Below are positions 17,197-26,108 of a stretch of 64,000 bases of DNA, piece after piece. The DNA comes from Candidatus Kaiserbacteria bacterium. Its GTDB lineage: Bacteria > Patescibacteriota > Minisyncoccia > Phycocordibacterales > UBA2100. The notes under the pieces are model-generated. The model did not search any database, was not told where the DNA came from, and was given only the letters and a program-made list of their open reading frames with translations. Position numbers and translations under genes: made by a program. Position 1 is the stretch's first letter. Each line of letters starts with the position of its first letter. The DNA lies in NCBI GenBank assembly GCA_016217925.1, contig JACRFK010000009.1, positions 33,191-97,190 on the forward strand, written 5' to 3'.

Positions 17197-17709
17197 ATGA
17201 GTGGAGGTTCGCGCGTAGGCCTTGTTGTCGCGATAGGGCTTTTTGTATTGTCGGAGGTCATTTTGTACCAAATGCAAGGCATATCGTTTACTTCCGCACT
17301 ACTTGGGGGTAGCTCGATGCCCATTGTTGTGTTCGTTAGCGGCTGCATCATCGGCATGGCTTGGGATTACCTTGGACTCTTGGCGCTCCGTTGGTGGCGC
17401 TATCCTCCGGCAGAACGGCATCCATGGCTCTTGATTATTCTCCCGCTCTTTTGGGGCATTTTTATGTTTATCATGCAGGACGCCTACGCCGTTGCCCGCC
17501 TATCGGGACTCGGGACAATTCCGGCGGTGCTCATTTCGACGATCGTGCTCGGAATCATCATGGAGGGCGCCAACCTCTATACCCGTTCCTGGGTCTACCT
17601 AGGCGCGGCGACATCGATCCCATTTCTTATCCTCGGTTGGATCGTCGGGCTCGGGTTTACCTACGTCGTAGGATTCAACGCTTTTATCCTAAATCCGTTT
17701 AGTTTATAA
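17197..17709 (+). CDS. Hypothetical membrane protein
   Basis: About five TM segments, WxY motifs; TATACT upstream. Confidence 0.7.
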   Translation: MSGGSRVGLVVAIGLFVLSEVILYQMQGISFTSALLGGSSMPIVVFVSGCIIGMAWDYLGLLALRWWRYPPAERHPWLLIILPLFWGIFMFIMQDAYAVARLSGLGTIPAVLISTIVLGIIMEGANLYTRSWVYLGAATSIPFLILGWIVGLGFTYVVGFNAFILNPFSL

Positions 17710-17722
17710 AATAATCACACAG

Positions 17723-18031
17723 ATGAACTCCATGGACCCGAATCAAGTGAAATTGGATGAATTGCTGCGCCTCACGAAGGAGAATAATCACATGCTCCAC
17801 AAAATGCGGCGCAACGCCTTTTGGGGCGGGATCATCAAGATCCTTCTCTACGCTGCACTCTTCGTGGCACTGCCGTTCTGGCTCTACGTGACCTACCTTG
17901 CGCCTGTATTGGAAAGCACAATGCAAACGATGAACCAGATACAAGGCACGGGGGCAAGAGCACAGGCACAATTCGGCAGTTTCCAGGAGATGTTGCAGCA
18001 ATTACAACAAAAGTTTCCTTCAGCGCAGTAG
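17723..18031 (+). CDS. Hypothetical single-TM protein
   Basis: LTKENNHMLHKMRR followed by a TM and a Gln-rich tail. Confidence 0.75.
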   Translation: MNSMDPNQVKLDELLRLTKENNHMLHKMRRNAFWGGIIKILLYAALFVALPFWLYVTYLAPVLESTMQTMNQIQGTGARAQAQFGSFQEMLQQLQQKFPSAQ

Positions 18032-18074
18032 TAGCCCCGACGTAAAGTCGGGGTCCCGACCGAAGGCGTCGGGA
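18031..18074 (+). repeat. GTAG-preceded double-hairpin (REP-like) element
   Basis: gtag ccccgacgtaaagtcgggg tcccgaccgaaggcgtcggga. Confidence 0.8.
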
Positions 18075-18140
18075 AAAAGAGAAGACCAGAAGAATGGACC
18101 ACGTTGAGAAAATGTTTGATGACGGGTATATTAGAGTACT

Positions 18141-18199
18141 GCTTGGGTAGCCCCGACGCACAGAGTGGTCGGGGTCCCGACTGAAACGTCGGGACTCAG
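18141..18199 (+). pseudogene. Interrupted 5' fragment of tRNA-Phe containing the double-hairpin element
   Basis: gcttgggtag[44-nt element]ctcag versus intact gcttgggtagctcag at 18219. Confidence 0.85.
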
Positions 18200-18218
18200 A
18201 AGCAGGAAGTTGGAAAAT

Positions 18219-18291
18219 GCTTGGGTAGCTCAGTTGGTAGAGCATTCCCCTGAAGAGGGAAGGGTCGCCGGTTCGATCCCGGCCCCAAGCA
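18219..18291 (+). tRNA. tRNA-Phe(GAA)
   Basis: Acceptor gcttggg/cccaagc, loop ctGAAga, ggttcgatcc. Confidence 0.95.
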
Positions 18292-18426
18292 CAAAACGAG
18301 AAGCGAGTTTTTGGCATTGGGGCCGGGATGGGGAAGGGGTCGGGAAACGCGAGTTTCCCGTGGAGGAAGGAATGGGAAAACCGAGGGTTTCCCAGTACCC
18401 ATGCCCCAAGCACAAAACAGAAACAG

Positions 18427-18462
18427 TGCGGCCCACCTACTCGCGAAGAGTGGCGGGCCGCA
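18427..18462. terminator. GC-rich hairpin, likely terminator
   Basis: tgcggccc...gggccgca between tRNA-Phe and a convergent gene. Confidence 0.55.
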
Positions 18463-18508
18463 GAGCGGTAAGCTCTGGATGTCAGAAGAACAGGCTAGAT
18501 TCGGTACG

Positions 18509-19222
18509 TCAGCGTGCCCAGAAGCGGAGTTGCTGTTTGTGATAGATACCGGCCGAAATCGCTGCCAACACAAAAGCAATCCACAAGAATAGTCCACCAC
18601 AGCTCGCGATGAACCGGAGCAGAGATAGACTGCCGACGTTGAACCAGGGCGTAACGCTTGGGTCGAGGAACGCAGCGAACAAGAGCGCCCCGACGCCAAT
18701 GTTAAGTGGCCATTGCTTTGCTTTGGCGAACTGGTTCGGCTGCATTTTCTTATTATCGCGTGCGCGTTGATAGCTTGTATCAACATCGTAGGCCACTATC
18801 CCAGCGATTGGGATTGCCAGCCACAACTCGGCGCCATAGAGGTGCAACAGAACAGAAAAAGCGCTCCAAGCGATGGCCTTGTCGGCGAGCGGGTCGATGA
18901 AGCGACCGAATGCAGTTTCTCGACCGTCGAACTTTCGCGCCACAGGACCATCAGCGGCATCAAGCAGAGCCGCAATGATGAGCGAGGCAAGGGCTATCCA
19001 CACCGCCCAATGGAACAGGGGGAGAAAGTCGTGCTTGGGCGAATACGGCCAATAAAAGCCGAGCGTCCCCCAGAATCCCAAGCGCAAGCGTGCCATGGTG
19101 ATGTTGTTGGCGACGCTCTCTTCCCATGGCGGCGCTTTGATTAGGCGCAGAATTACTGATTCGAACGATCCCGGCCGTGCACCCAGAAACTGGAATCCAG
19201 TCTTTGCAAGATCCGTCGGCAT
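18509..19222 (-). CDS. CDP-alcohol phosphatidyltransferase family protein
   Basis: ANNITMAR, DAADGPVARK...FGRFIDPLADK. Confidence 0.9.
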   Translation of the reverse strand: MPTDLAKTGFQFLGARPGSFESVILRLIKAPPWEESVANNITMARLRLGFWGTLGFYWPYSPKHDFLPLFHWAVWIALASLIIAALLDAADGPVARKFDGRETAFGRFIDPLADKAIAWSAFSVLLHLYGAELWLAIPIAGIVAYDVDTSYQRARDNKKMQPNQFAKAKQWPLNIGVGALLFAAFLDPSVTPWFNVGSLSLLRFIASCGGLFLWIAFVLAAISAGIYHKQQLRFWAR

Positions 19223-19303
19223 GTCTCTCTCCCGGGTTTCTATGATTGCGGATGATTCCGCCTGCGAATAAGACTAGCTGGGGCTCGACGGGTGGTCAAG
19301 CAA

Positions 19304-19879
19304 CTAGAGCCCGAGCGTGTACGTCATCGCGCCGCCGCTCTTTGAGAGCCACTTTGAAGTATTGAGTTTTATCTCGCGGGCACGCCCCAGCTCCTGATAC
19401 TTCACAGAGCCTTTGGCGAGTGCGTAATCGAATATTTTCTTAGTTATCTCCACGTCCTTGAGGCAGTACGAGCGGACTTTTTCTATCTCGCCCGCGCGCC
19501 ACCACTGAAGCGACTGTGCGCCCGAGGCGCTTTTCTTTTCGCCGAGCGTTCCTTCCGCAATCGAATCGAGCTTGAGCCTGCGCCCTACTGCTTGGTATAC
19601 CTCTTGCATAAGGTCGAGGCTTTTTATTCTCGTGAGGTCGCCGGGGTAGTATTTGTTCAAGAGGGGAATATCAAAGTGATTGGAATTGTACCCGACGAGC
19701 ACATCAGTGCGCTCCAGTATCGGCCACATCTGCGGAAGCTCGTGTTCCAAATAGCTGGAATACGTGTCGGTCTCCGAATCATGAATGCAGACTATCGCTA
19801 TCGTAAGATCGGCCGGGTCGGAGGAGCCGATGTCCGACATCCAATTCGCCGTCTCGATATCAAACGTTACCACTCGCAT
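19304..19879 (-). CDS. RNase H-like (DEDD, YprB-type) exonuclease domain protein
   Basis: FDIET, VGYNSNHFDIP, YCLKDVEIT. Confidence 0.88.
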   Translation of the reverse strand: MRVVTFDIETANWMSDIGSSDPADLTIAIVCIHDSETDTYSSYLEHELPQMWPILERTDVLVGYNSNHFDIPLLNKYYPGDLTRIKSLDLMQEVYQAVGRRLKLDSIAEGTLGEKKSASGAQSLQWWRAGEIEKVRSYCLKDVEITKKIFDYALAKGSVKYQELGRAREIKLNTSKWLSKSGGAMTYTLGL

Positions 19880-19901
19880 GGCGGGAGTATATCATTCTCA
19901 C

Positions 19902-21167
19902 TTACGGCTTGTATTTGTATGCGTGCTGGTTCAAGTGGTATACGGTACTCGGCCAGCGGTCAAGCGGCATGTCGGTGAGAAGAGCGACGGCCTTGTCGGC
20001 ATCGTATTTACCCGCGGTGCGCAGGTCGTTAAATGCTTTCAGAGCATCTGTAATAATGCGGTCGTACTCTCCGACGAGAATTTCGTGAGCAAGCTCAGCA
20101 TAATCGGGGTCTTTATAGTACTCGTCGCGTTTCGATACTAGATAGTCATAGGGGCCACCGTCCTTACTGTAGAACCGGTTGAAGTATTGCGATTTCTTAT
20201 CTTTTAACATGGCCGTCAGCTCGTCCTTGACCTCATCGAGCGCTTGGTCGCGAACGGCCCTTAGTTCTTCAACACGCAGCCCTGAGCGGACGACCGAATC
20301 AGGTTCGTTGCGGACGCGGGTCTGGATGATGGACGCATTTGTTGCCAGAGTTTTCGGAAGGTCAAAGAACTTCCGGAAGACTTGATTACGAACGTGCTGT
20401 TGTTCGTGTGTGTAAGCGTTCTCAAGGTCGGCGATGTTGTTTACTGCAACGGTAAAACAGATGTTGTTTTCCGGATTGCGTGCCTGAAAAGCTTGAGTTT
20501 CACTACCCATTTTTTGCGCCGTACCGTCTATCAGCAGTTTGCCGTCTTCAGAGTAGAGGCGTTCCGCTGTCGCGCGGTCCGTCTGGATATCAATGCTGAG
20601 CGGTCCCTCCGTCACCCGGATATCTGCAGGGTTCACGGGCACGCCCGTAACTTCGCGCACGAGCGTCGCGTTGTCCGGGTACTTTAGGCGGAACGCCTTC
20701 ACAGCCTTATGTTGGTCTGCGTACTCACCTATAAGGTCGTACAGTGTTCCTTTTGCAAAGTCGGAGAAACCATAGCGGTTGGCGAAAAAATCGCCTATCT
20801 GTATGAGCCCCGCTCCCTTCGTATCGGGGTCGTATTGGATCGCGCGTTCGATAAACGAGCGGCATTGTGCGTACGCATGACGCTGTCGCACGAGCTTGTC
20901 TTTGAAAACTTCAAGCGCGGTCTCTTTTTTCCCGTGCGGGAGAGACGTGATTTTCTTGAGCTCAACTTCTGCGTCGAATACCTCCCCGAAAGGAGGATTA
21001 TCAACAGTCGAAAGCAGCATTTCACATTCAATCACTTGCCGGAAGTCTTGTGGGCTGAGTTCACTGTCTTCCCCCTTCGCGCGAAGCTCGGCGTAGCGGT
21101 CCCATGGCTCCCGTGACAACTCGCGTGGGCGCTCATCCCGCGGTTTTTGCCGCAGCATCTCATCCAT
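19902..21167 (-). CDS. Hypothetical protein with HExxH motif
   Basis: 421-aa ORF; YTHEQQH and a downstream VKDEL. Confidence 0.7.
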   Translation of the reverse strand: MDEMLRQKPRDERPRELSREPWDRYAELRAKGEDSELSPQDFRQVIECEMLLSTVDNPPFGEVFDAEVELKKITSLPHGKKETALEVFKDKLVRQRHAYAQCRSFIERAIQYDPDTKGAGLIQIGDFFANRYGFSDFAKGTLYDLIGEYADQHKAVKAFRLKYPDNATLVREVTGVPVNPADIRVTEGPLSIDIQTDRATAERLYSEDGKLLIDGTAQKMGSETQAFQARNPENNICFTVAVNNIADLENAYTHEQQHVRNQVFRKFFDLPKTLATNASIIQTRVRNEPDSVVRSGLRVEELRAVRDQALDEVKDELTAMLKDKKSQYFNRFYSKDGGPYDYLVSKRDEYYKDPDYAELAHEILVGEYDRIITDALKAFNDLRTAGKYDADKAVALLTDMPLDRWPSTVYHLNQHAYKYKP

Positions 21168-21168
21168 A

Positions 21169-22473
21169 CTATCCGAGCGAGCTGAACAAGTGTTCTGCGA
21201 TGCGGTCGGCGGGGAGTGTGATCTCGGCTCCCGTAGAGAGATTTTTCACGGTGTAGCGCCCTGAATCACGTTCTTTTGCGCCTACTGCGATGACGAACGG
21301 TATTTTCATTTTGTCTGCACTGCGTACCTGATCTCCGATGCGCTTCCCGGAGAAGTTGACAGCCACCGCCACGTCCTCACGCCGGAGACCCTGAGCGAGC
21401 TGCACCGCATGTGACGTGGCGTCAGGTTCTACGATGCATATCATAAGCTCGGTTGAGGGTGTGTACGTCGGCAGGAGATTGTGCGCCTCAAGGAAATCGC
21501 GCGCCGTTACATCGCCCATTCCGAATCCGACGGCAGGAATCGGCTCTGCGCCGAAGAGCGAGAGAAGATTGTCGTAACGGCCACCGCCAAAGAGCGACCT
21601 GCGATTGTTCGGATCGGTGTCGAATACTTCGAACACCATACCGGTATAGTAATCAAAACCACGTGTGATGGATGTGTCTACGATCATGTTCCGCACCCCC
21701 ATGTGTTCAAGCGCTACGCGCAGTTCCTCGAGATAGGCGGTCGAGGTGATGTTCTCGAGTTCTTCTATCAGTTTTACCGCTTTTTCTTCGTGTGCGATGA
21801 GCGCCGTCAATTCTTTCTCGAAATCGTCTATCTTGGCGCGTCGGTCGAGAAGTCGGGTGACGTTGCCAGTGTATTCCTTTGCGATGCCGACGGAGTGATA
21901 AATGGCGTCGAGTATCCGCCGGTCGGACACACGTATCTCAAAATTACGTTCATCGGCTCCCAGTGAGCGCATGATACTATGCGCGACCGCGATTATCTCT
22001 GCGTCAGCCTCGACGCCTTCCACACCGACGATGTCGGCGTTCAGCTGCCAGTGCTCTCGCAGGCGGCCTTTCTGCGGCCGCTCGTAGCGGAACACGTTGG
22101 GGATCGAGTACCAGCGTGCCGGCAGAGGAATATCGCGCTGCCGCGCCGCTATCATTCGGGCGAGTGTCGGTGTCATCTCAGGTCGCAGTGTTACATCGCG
22201 TCCGCCGCGGTCTGCGAAGGTGTACGTTTGCTCGTTCACTATCTCTTCGGAAGTCTTCGATCGGTAGAGTTCGGCTGGCTCCAGTATCGACGCGCTGTAT
22301 TCCTCAAAGCCAAAAAGCTCGCACACACGCTCCATGTGTTCGAACAAATACCGTTGGATGAACTGGTCTTCGGGGTAGAAATCGCGGACACCCTTGTAGC
22401 TTTCGGTGGAGAGCCTCGCCCGTCGGCCGCTGTCCGACGAGTCTACGGCCGAGGGCTTTTCGCGTTTGGTCAT
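21169..22473 (-). CDS. hisS: Histidine--tRNA ligase
   Basis: KGVRDFYP, LRPEMTP, FRYERPQKGRLREH, RGFDYYTG, GGGRYDNL. Confidence 0.98.
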   Translation of the reverse strand: MTKREKPSAVDSSDSGRRARLSTESYKGVRDFYPEDQFIQRYLFEHMERVCELFGFEEYSASILEPAELYRSKTSEEIVNEQTYTFADRGGRDVTLRPEMTPTLARMIAARQRDIPLPARWYSIPNVFRYERPQKGRLREHWQLNADIVGVEGVEADAEIIAVAHSIMRSLGADERNFEIRVSDRRILDAIYHSVGIAKEYTGNVTRLLDRRAKIDDFEKELTALIAHEEKAVKLIEELENITSTAYLEELRVALEHMGVRNMIVDTSITRGFDYYTGMVFEVFDTDPNNRRSLFGGGRYDNLLSLFGAEPIPAVGFGMGDVTARDFLEAHNLLPTYTPSTELMICIVEPDATSHAVQLAQGLRREDVAVAVNFSGKRIGDQVRSADKMKIPFVIAVGAKERDSGRYTVKNLSTGAEITLPADRIAEHLFSSLG

Positions 22474-22537
22474 CGGTCCATTATGCATCAAAAAAGCCAC
22501 AACGAAAACGACTCCGTGGTATACTCGCCGCCATGAA

Positions 22538-22652
22538 CCCCGTTAGAAATCGCGGACGCGCAGACCCTGTATATGCCATTACGTTTGGTTTTATCGGCAC
22601 TAGTCGAATAGAGTGCGGCATCGAACTTGTCCGCGTCCTATTTCTAACGGGG
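22538..22652. mobile_element. 115-bp MITE-like element with 13-bp terminal inverted repeats and TGAA duplication
   Basis: tgaa[ccccgttagaaat ... atttctaacgggg]tgaa. Confidence 0.85.
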
Positions 22653-23053
22653 TGAAAACGATAGATACCCGTTTCGAGATACGCACATCTAAACCCGGGA
22701 CAGGACAAGGGCTATTTGCTGTTGTCGCCATCAAAAAGGGTGAATTCATTCTCGAATATATCGGGCGCAAGATACCAACGGCCATCGCAGACAGCATGAA
22801 GGAGGCGCGGTATCTTTTCGAAATAGACGAGGATTGGACGATCGACGGTTCTGGGAGTTCGAACACCGCGCGATACATTAATCATTCGTGCGATCCGAAC
22901 ACAGAGGCCGAGATAGATGAAGGTCGTATCATGATACATGCGGTTCGGGATATAAAAAAAGGAGAGGAGCTGACGATCGATTATGACACCGAGTATTTCG
23001 ATGAGTTCATCCGGCCGGCCGGATGCAAATGTTCAGCGGGGGTACACCACTAG
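22652..23053 (+). CDS. SET domain protein with post-SET Cys
   Basis: GQGLFA, FILEYIG, ARYINHSCDPN, GEELTIDY, CKC. Confidence 0.93.
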   Translation: MKTIDTRFEIRTSKPGTGQGLFAVVAIKKGEFILEYIGRKIPTAIADSMKEARYLFEIDEDWTIDGSGSSNTARYINHSCDPNTEAEIDEGRIMIHAVRDIKKGEELTIDYDTEYFDEFIRPAGCKCSAGVHH

Positions 23054-23070
23054 TGAAATATAACTACCCG

Positions 23071-23097
23071 CGGTCAATTTTTTGGAAAAATTGCCCG
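23071..23097. terminator. Hairpin between convergent genes
   Basis: cggtcaattttt-tgg-aaaaattgcccg. Confidence 0.55.
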
Positions 23098-23133
23098 TGA
23101 TTTTAAAGATTCCATTGGATGCAACCTTTAAAA

Positions 23134-23649
23134 TCATGCGCTGCCGATAAAGATGCCGGTCATAAAGACGAGCGCGCCGCCGAAGACGACTTGCGCTATC
23201 GAGGACCAGAAACCCAATTTAAAATAACGGTAACGGATGTAGCCGATGGCAATGAGCTCGAGTCCGACGATAAGGTACGCAAGATACAGCGCCGTTGTGA
23301 GGTCAGACAGAAGAAAGGGAAGCGTGTGGAAAATGCCGCCGATAAAAGTCGCGAAGCCTACAATTGAGCCACGAATGGCGGGATGACCGCGGCCGGTATG
23401 CTCGCCTGTATCCGAGAGGCCCTCAGCGAATGCCATTGAGATAGCGGCGCCGATAGCGGCGGCGGTACCGACGAGGAAAGCGATATGAGGGCTATTGCTC
23501 GCAAATGCAGCGGCAAAAAGCGGCGCGAGCGTCGAGATGGAGCCGTCTATAAGTCCTACCAGCGATGGCTGGACGACTTTAAGCAAAAACGCGCGGTCGA
23601 CATCCTCAACATGTAGCGCCTTCTCGACTTCGAGCACGGGATTTGACAT
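23134..23649 (-). CDS. VIT1/CCC1-family (MbfA-like) membrane protein
   Basis: VQPSLVGLIDGSISTLAPLFA, AISMAFAEGLSDTG, HTLPFL. Confidence 0.88.
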   Translation of the reverse strand: MSNPVLEVEKALHVEDVDRAFLLKVVQPSLVGLIDGSISTLAPLFAAAFASNSPHIAFLVGTAAAIGAAISMAFAEGLSDTGEHTGRGHPAIRGSIVGFATFIGGIFHTLPFLLSDLTTALYLAYLIVGLELIAIGYIRYRYFKLGFWSSIAQVVFGGALVFMTGIFIGSA

Positions 23650-23712
23650 CGCACCATTCTACCAGATGCTCTGCGCTTGGCATTTCTGGTGGCTCGCAGT
23701 ATTATGGCAAGT

Positions 23713-24093
23713 ATGAAAAGGGGAGTCCTCATCTTCTGGCTCGTCATCATCTTCCTTATCGTCGCGGGGGTCGGCATGTCCTTTTTCGTGCGCTCTTCTC
23801 CCGGCAAGCTCGACACCTTCGCACAGTGCCTAAAGGATAAAGGGGTCGTGTTCTATGGAGCGTTCTGGTGTCCGCATTGTCAGAACACGAAGAAGATGTT
23901 CGGTAGTTCTGCTCGGCTTTTGCCGTACGTCGAATGCTCGACTCCTGATGGCGGGGCACAGTTGCAAATCTGCAAAGACAAGGGCGTCCAAAGCTATCCG
24001 ACATGGACATTCCCGAATTCGACGACGACGCTTACGGGCGAGCGCACTCTACAAGAACTATCCACGGCAAGCGGATGTCCGCTTCCGGCGTAG
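23713..24093 (+). CDS. Membrane-anchored thioredoxin-like protein
   Basis: YGAFWCPHCQ, YVEC, YPTW. Confidence 0.88.
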   Translation: MKRGVLIFWLVIIFLIVAGVGMSFFVRSSPGKLDTFAQCLKDKGVVFYGAFWCPHCQNTKKMFGSSARLLPYVECSTPDGGAQLQICKDKGVQSYPTWTFPNSTTTLTGERTLQELSTASGCPLPA

Positions 24094-24106
24094 CCTTTGA
24101 TCCTGC

Positions 24107-24649
24107 ATGCCGGTCGAAACACTCAATTATCTTCTCGCGCTCGGGACCCTCGCAATGCAGGTCGCCGGGGCAGGATTCTTCGCACTGTATTTCTTGCAGA
24201 AGAAATTCACTGACCTGCAGGATATTGCCGCACTTTTGAGTCGGTGGGGTTTGTGGCTCGGATTTCTGCTTACGCTCGGGGTGACCGCGATGACGCTCTA
24301 CTACTCCGAAGTGCTCGGGTTCGCTCCATGCGGCTGGTGCTGGGTACAGCGCGTATTCTTATGGCCGCAAGCGCTCCTCTTTGGCGTTGCGCTCTATAAG
24401 CAGGAACGTTCTGTCGCGGACTTTTCGATCGCCTTTTCTATTTTTGGAGCGGCGGCCGCACTGTACCAGCATTATCTGCAAATGGGAGGCGGCGCACTTA
24501 TTCCGTGTCCGGCAAGCGGTGCAGGGGATTGTGCGCAGCGCATTCTCTTTGAATTCGGATACATCACCTTTCCGCTCATGTCCGCGACCCTCTTTTGCTT
24601 CCTCATCGTGTTGATGCTTTTTGTTCGTCGCTCTACCGCGAGCTCATAA
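24107..24649 (+). CDS. dsbB: Disulfide bond formation protein B (BdbC-like)
   Basis: PCGWCWVQR, second Cys pair CPASGAGDC, GYITFP. Confidence 0.9.
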   Translation: MPVETLNYLLALGTLAMQVAGAGFFALYFLQKKFTDLQDIAALLSRWGLWLGFLLTLGVTAMTLYYSEVLGFAPCGWCWVQRVFLWPQALLFGVALYKQERSVADFSIAFSIFGAAAALYQHYLQMGGGALIPCPASGAGDCAQRILFEFGYITFPLMSATLFCFLIVLMLFVRRSTASS

Positions 24650-25693
24650 CACAGGTTCAATTCCGTGCCGCTTGAAGAAGCGGCCTTCGAGCGAATATCG
24701 GTCGTATCCGTGGAAGAAAAGCGCGATCCCGAGGCCAAAGAGTATCAGGTGTGGCCACACGGCCTCTTGGAAGTAGAGGAGTGAGAGCGTGAGCCAGAAA
24801 ACGAGGAATAGCGCCGTCCAGCGTATTTCAATGCCGAGCAGCATCATCAGGCCGGCCGCGGATTCAATAATAAGAGCGCCGAGGACTATGAAAAGCGGGT
24901 CGAATGGGAAGTATGTGGTGAGATGGTATTGCTGGACCACGTCGAGCGCAAGTTGGGTGTGGATAAATTTCGCGTACACAGCGGCGAATATCAGGCCGAA
25001 GCCGAAAAGGACGCGCATGACAGGGAATGCGAACGGGACAAAAGGTTGGAGGTATCTTCGCATGGGGTGGGGGAGGTATCCTCTGTGCAAGAAATTTTCA
25101 AGTGACCACGAGCCTGCCCCGAGGACAAGAAGAAGGAGGTAGCTGCCGAGATGGTCGGCGTAGGTGAGGACGTACCATCCGAGCGCGCTTGCGGCATAGG
25201 CATATACTGTAAGCGAAAGAATGGCGACGGTCCGGACATATATTCCTGCAATGGTCACCACACCGCCGAGGACGAATAGCGCCTGCATGACGACACCCCA
25301 AGACCCGAAGAGCCCCCCTGTATCTATCTCAGTGCCGTAGAGTTTCCCCGCAATGCCAAATGAGAGGAGACAGGCACCCACCGTCAACCTCACAAGCGGA
25401 TGCGCCCACTGCTTGAGAGAGAAGAGCAGCGGATCAGCCAGTCTTTCGAACACGCGGAATAGAGAGACGAAAAGAATGGTCAGGGTGGTGACAAAGACGA
25501 TGAATCCCCAGAAAAAGAAACTGAGTTCATTGCCGGAGTACGCCGTGAATGGATTCGGGGACGCCGTCGCCATGCCCGCGGCTACCGCACTCGGGTCAAG
25601 CACGTACACCTCGTGCGCGGATGCAATAGTGGGCAAAAGCAGCGGGAAACATACCCCGGCCATGCGCCCAAGTCCTATCAGCGCTCTATGCAT
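24644..25693 (-). CDS. DoxX-like multi-pass membrane protein
   Basis: Signal ASA-HEVYVL; two DoxX-like halves each ending GxxxxSLE. Confidence 0.7.
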   Translation of the reverse strand: MHRALIGLGRMAGVCFPLLLPTIASAHEVYVLDPSAVAAGMATASPNPFTAYSGNELSFFFWGFIVFVTTLTILFVSLFRVFERLADPLLFSLKQWAHPLVRLTVGACLLSFGIAGKLYGTEIDTGGLFGSWGVVMQALFVLGGVVTIAGIYVRTVAILSLTVYAYAASALGWYVLTYADHLGSYLLLLVLGAGSWSLENFLHRGYLPHPMRRYLQPFVPFAFPVMRVLFGFGLIFAAVYAKFIHTQLALDVVQQYHLTTYFPFDPLFIVLGALIIESAAGLMMLLGIEIRWTALFLVFWLTLSLLYFQEAVWPHLILFGLGIALFFHGYDRYSLEGRFFKRHGIEPVL

Positions 25694-26108
25694 ATTCCAT
25701 CATATTGTGTTCTATTGTACCTCCGATTTTCCTGTAGCATTTTTGGGCACATCGTTGGCCAAACAACCCCCTCCCTGACTGCGCGGACCGGCGTGTGTCC
25801 GTTAAAAAAGCTCCACGAACCAGCGTTTTCTATAGGACATCTATCGGACAGTTGATGTCCGATAAAAATTCGCTTGGAATTGCTCATCATATTCCTGTGC
25901 TCGTGCGAAAAGTCTGAAAATCTCTCCCGACCTCGGACCGAATCCGTTCATAGCATCCACAGGTTGACGGAGTACACATATTGTCGTGCGTGCTATCCAC
26001 TCGTTGTCCACTTTTCTCAAGTTGACAACTTTTCGGACGTGCTACCGTTGAGATGGTACTGATCGTTATCAATTTATCCGATCCTAAAAGGATTCACATA
26101 CAGAGCTT

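Noticed and set aside
18292-21167. Prophage or genomic island at tRNA-Phe
   Set aside because: There are no integrase or phage genes, and the tRNA 3' repeat encloses only ~120 bp.
25940-26030. DnaA-box-like motifs (also near 7819 and 31530) as oriC
   Set aside because: The boxes are few and degenerate, with no dnaA/dnaN and no clear AT-rich unwinding element.
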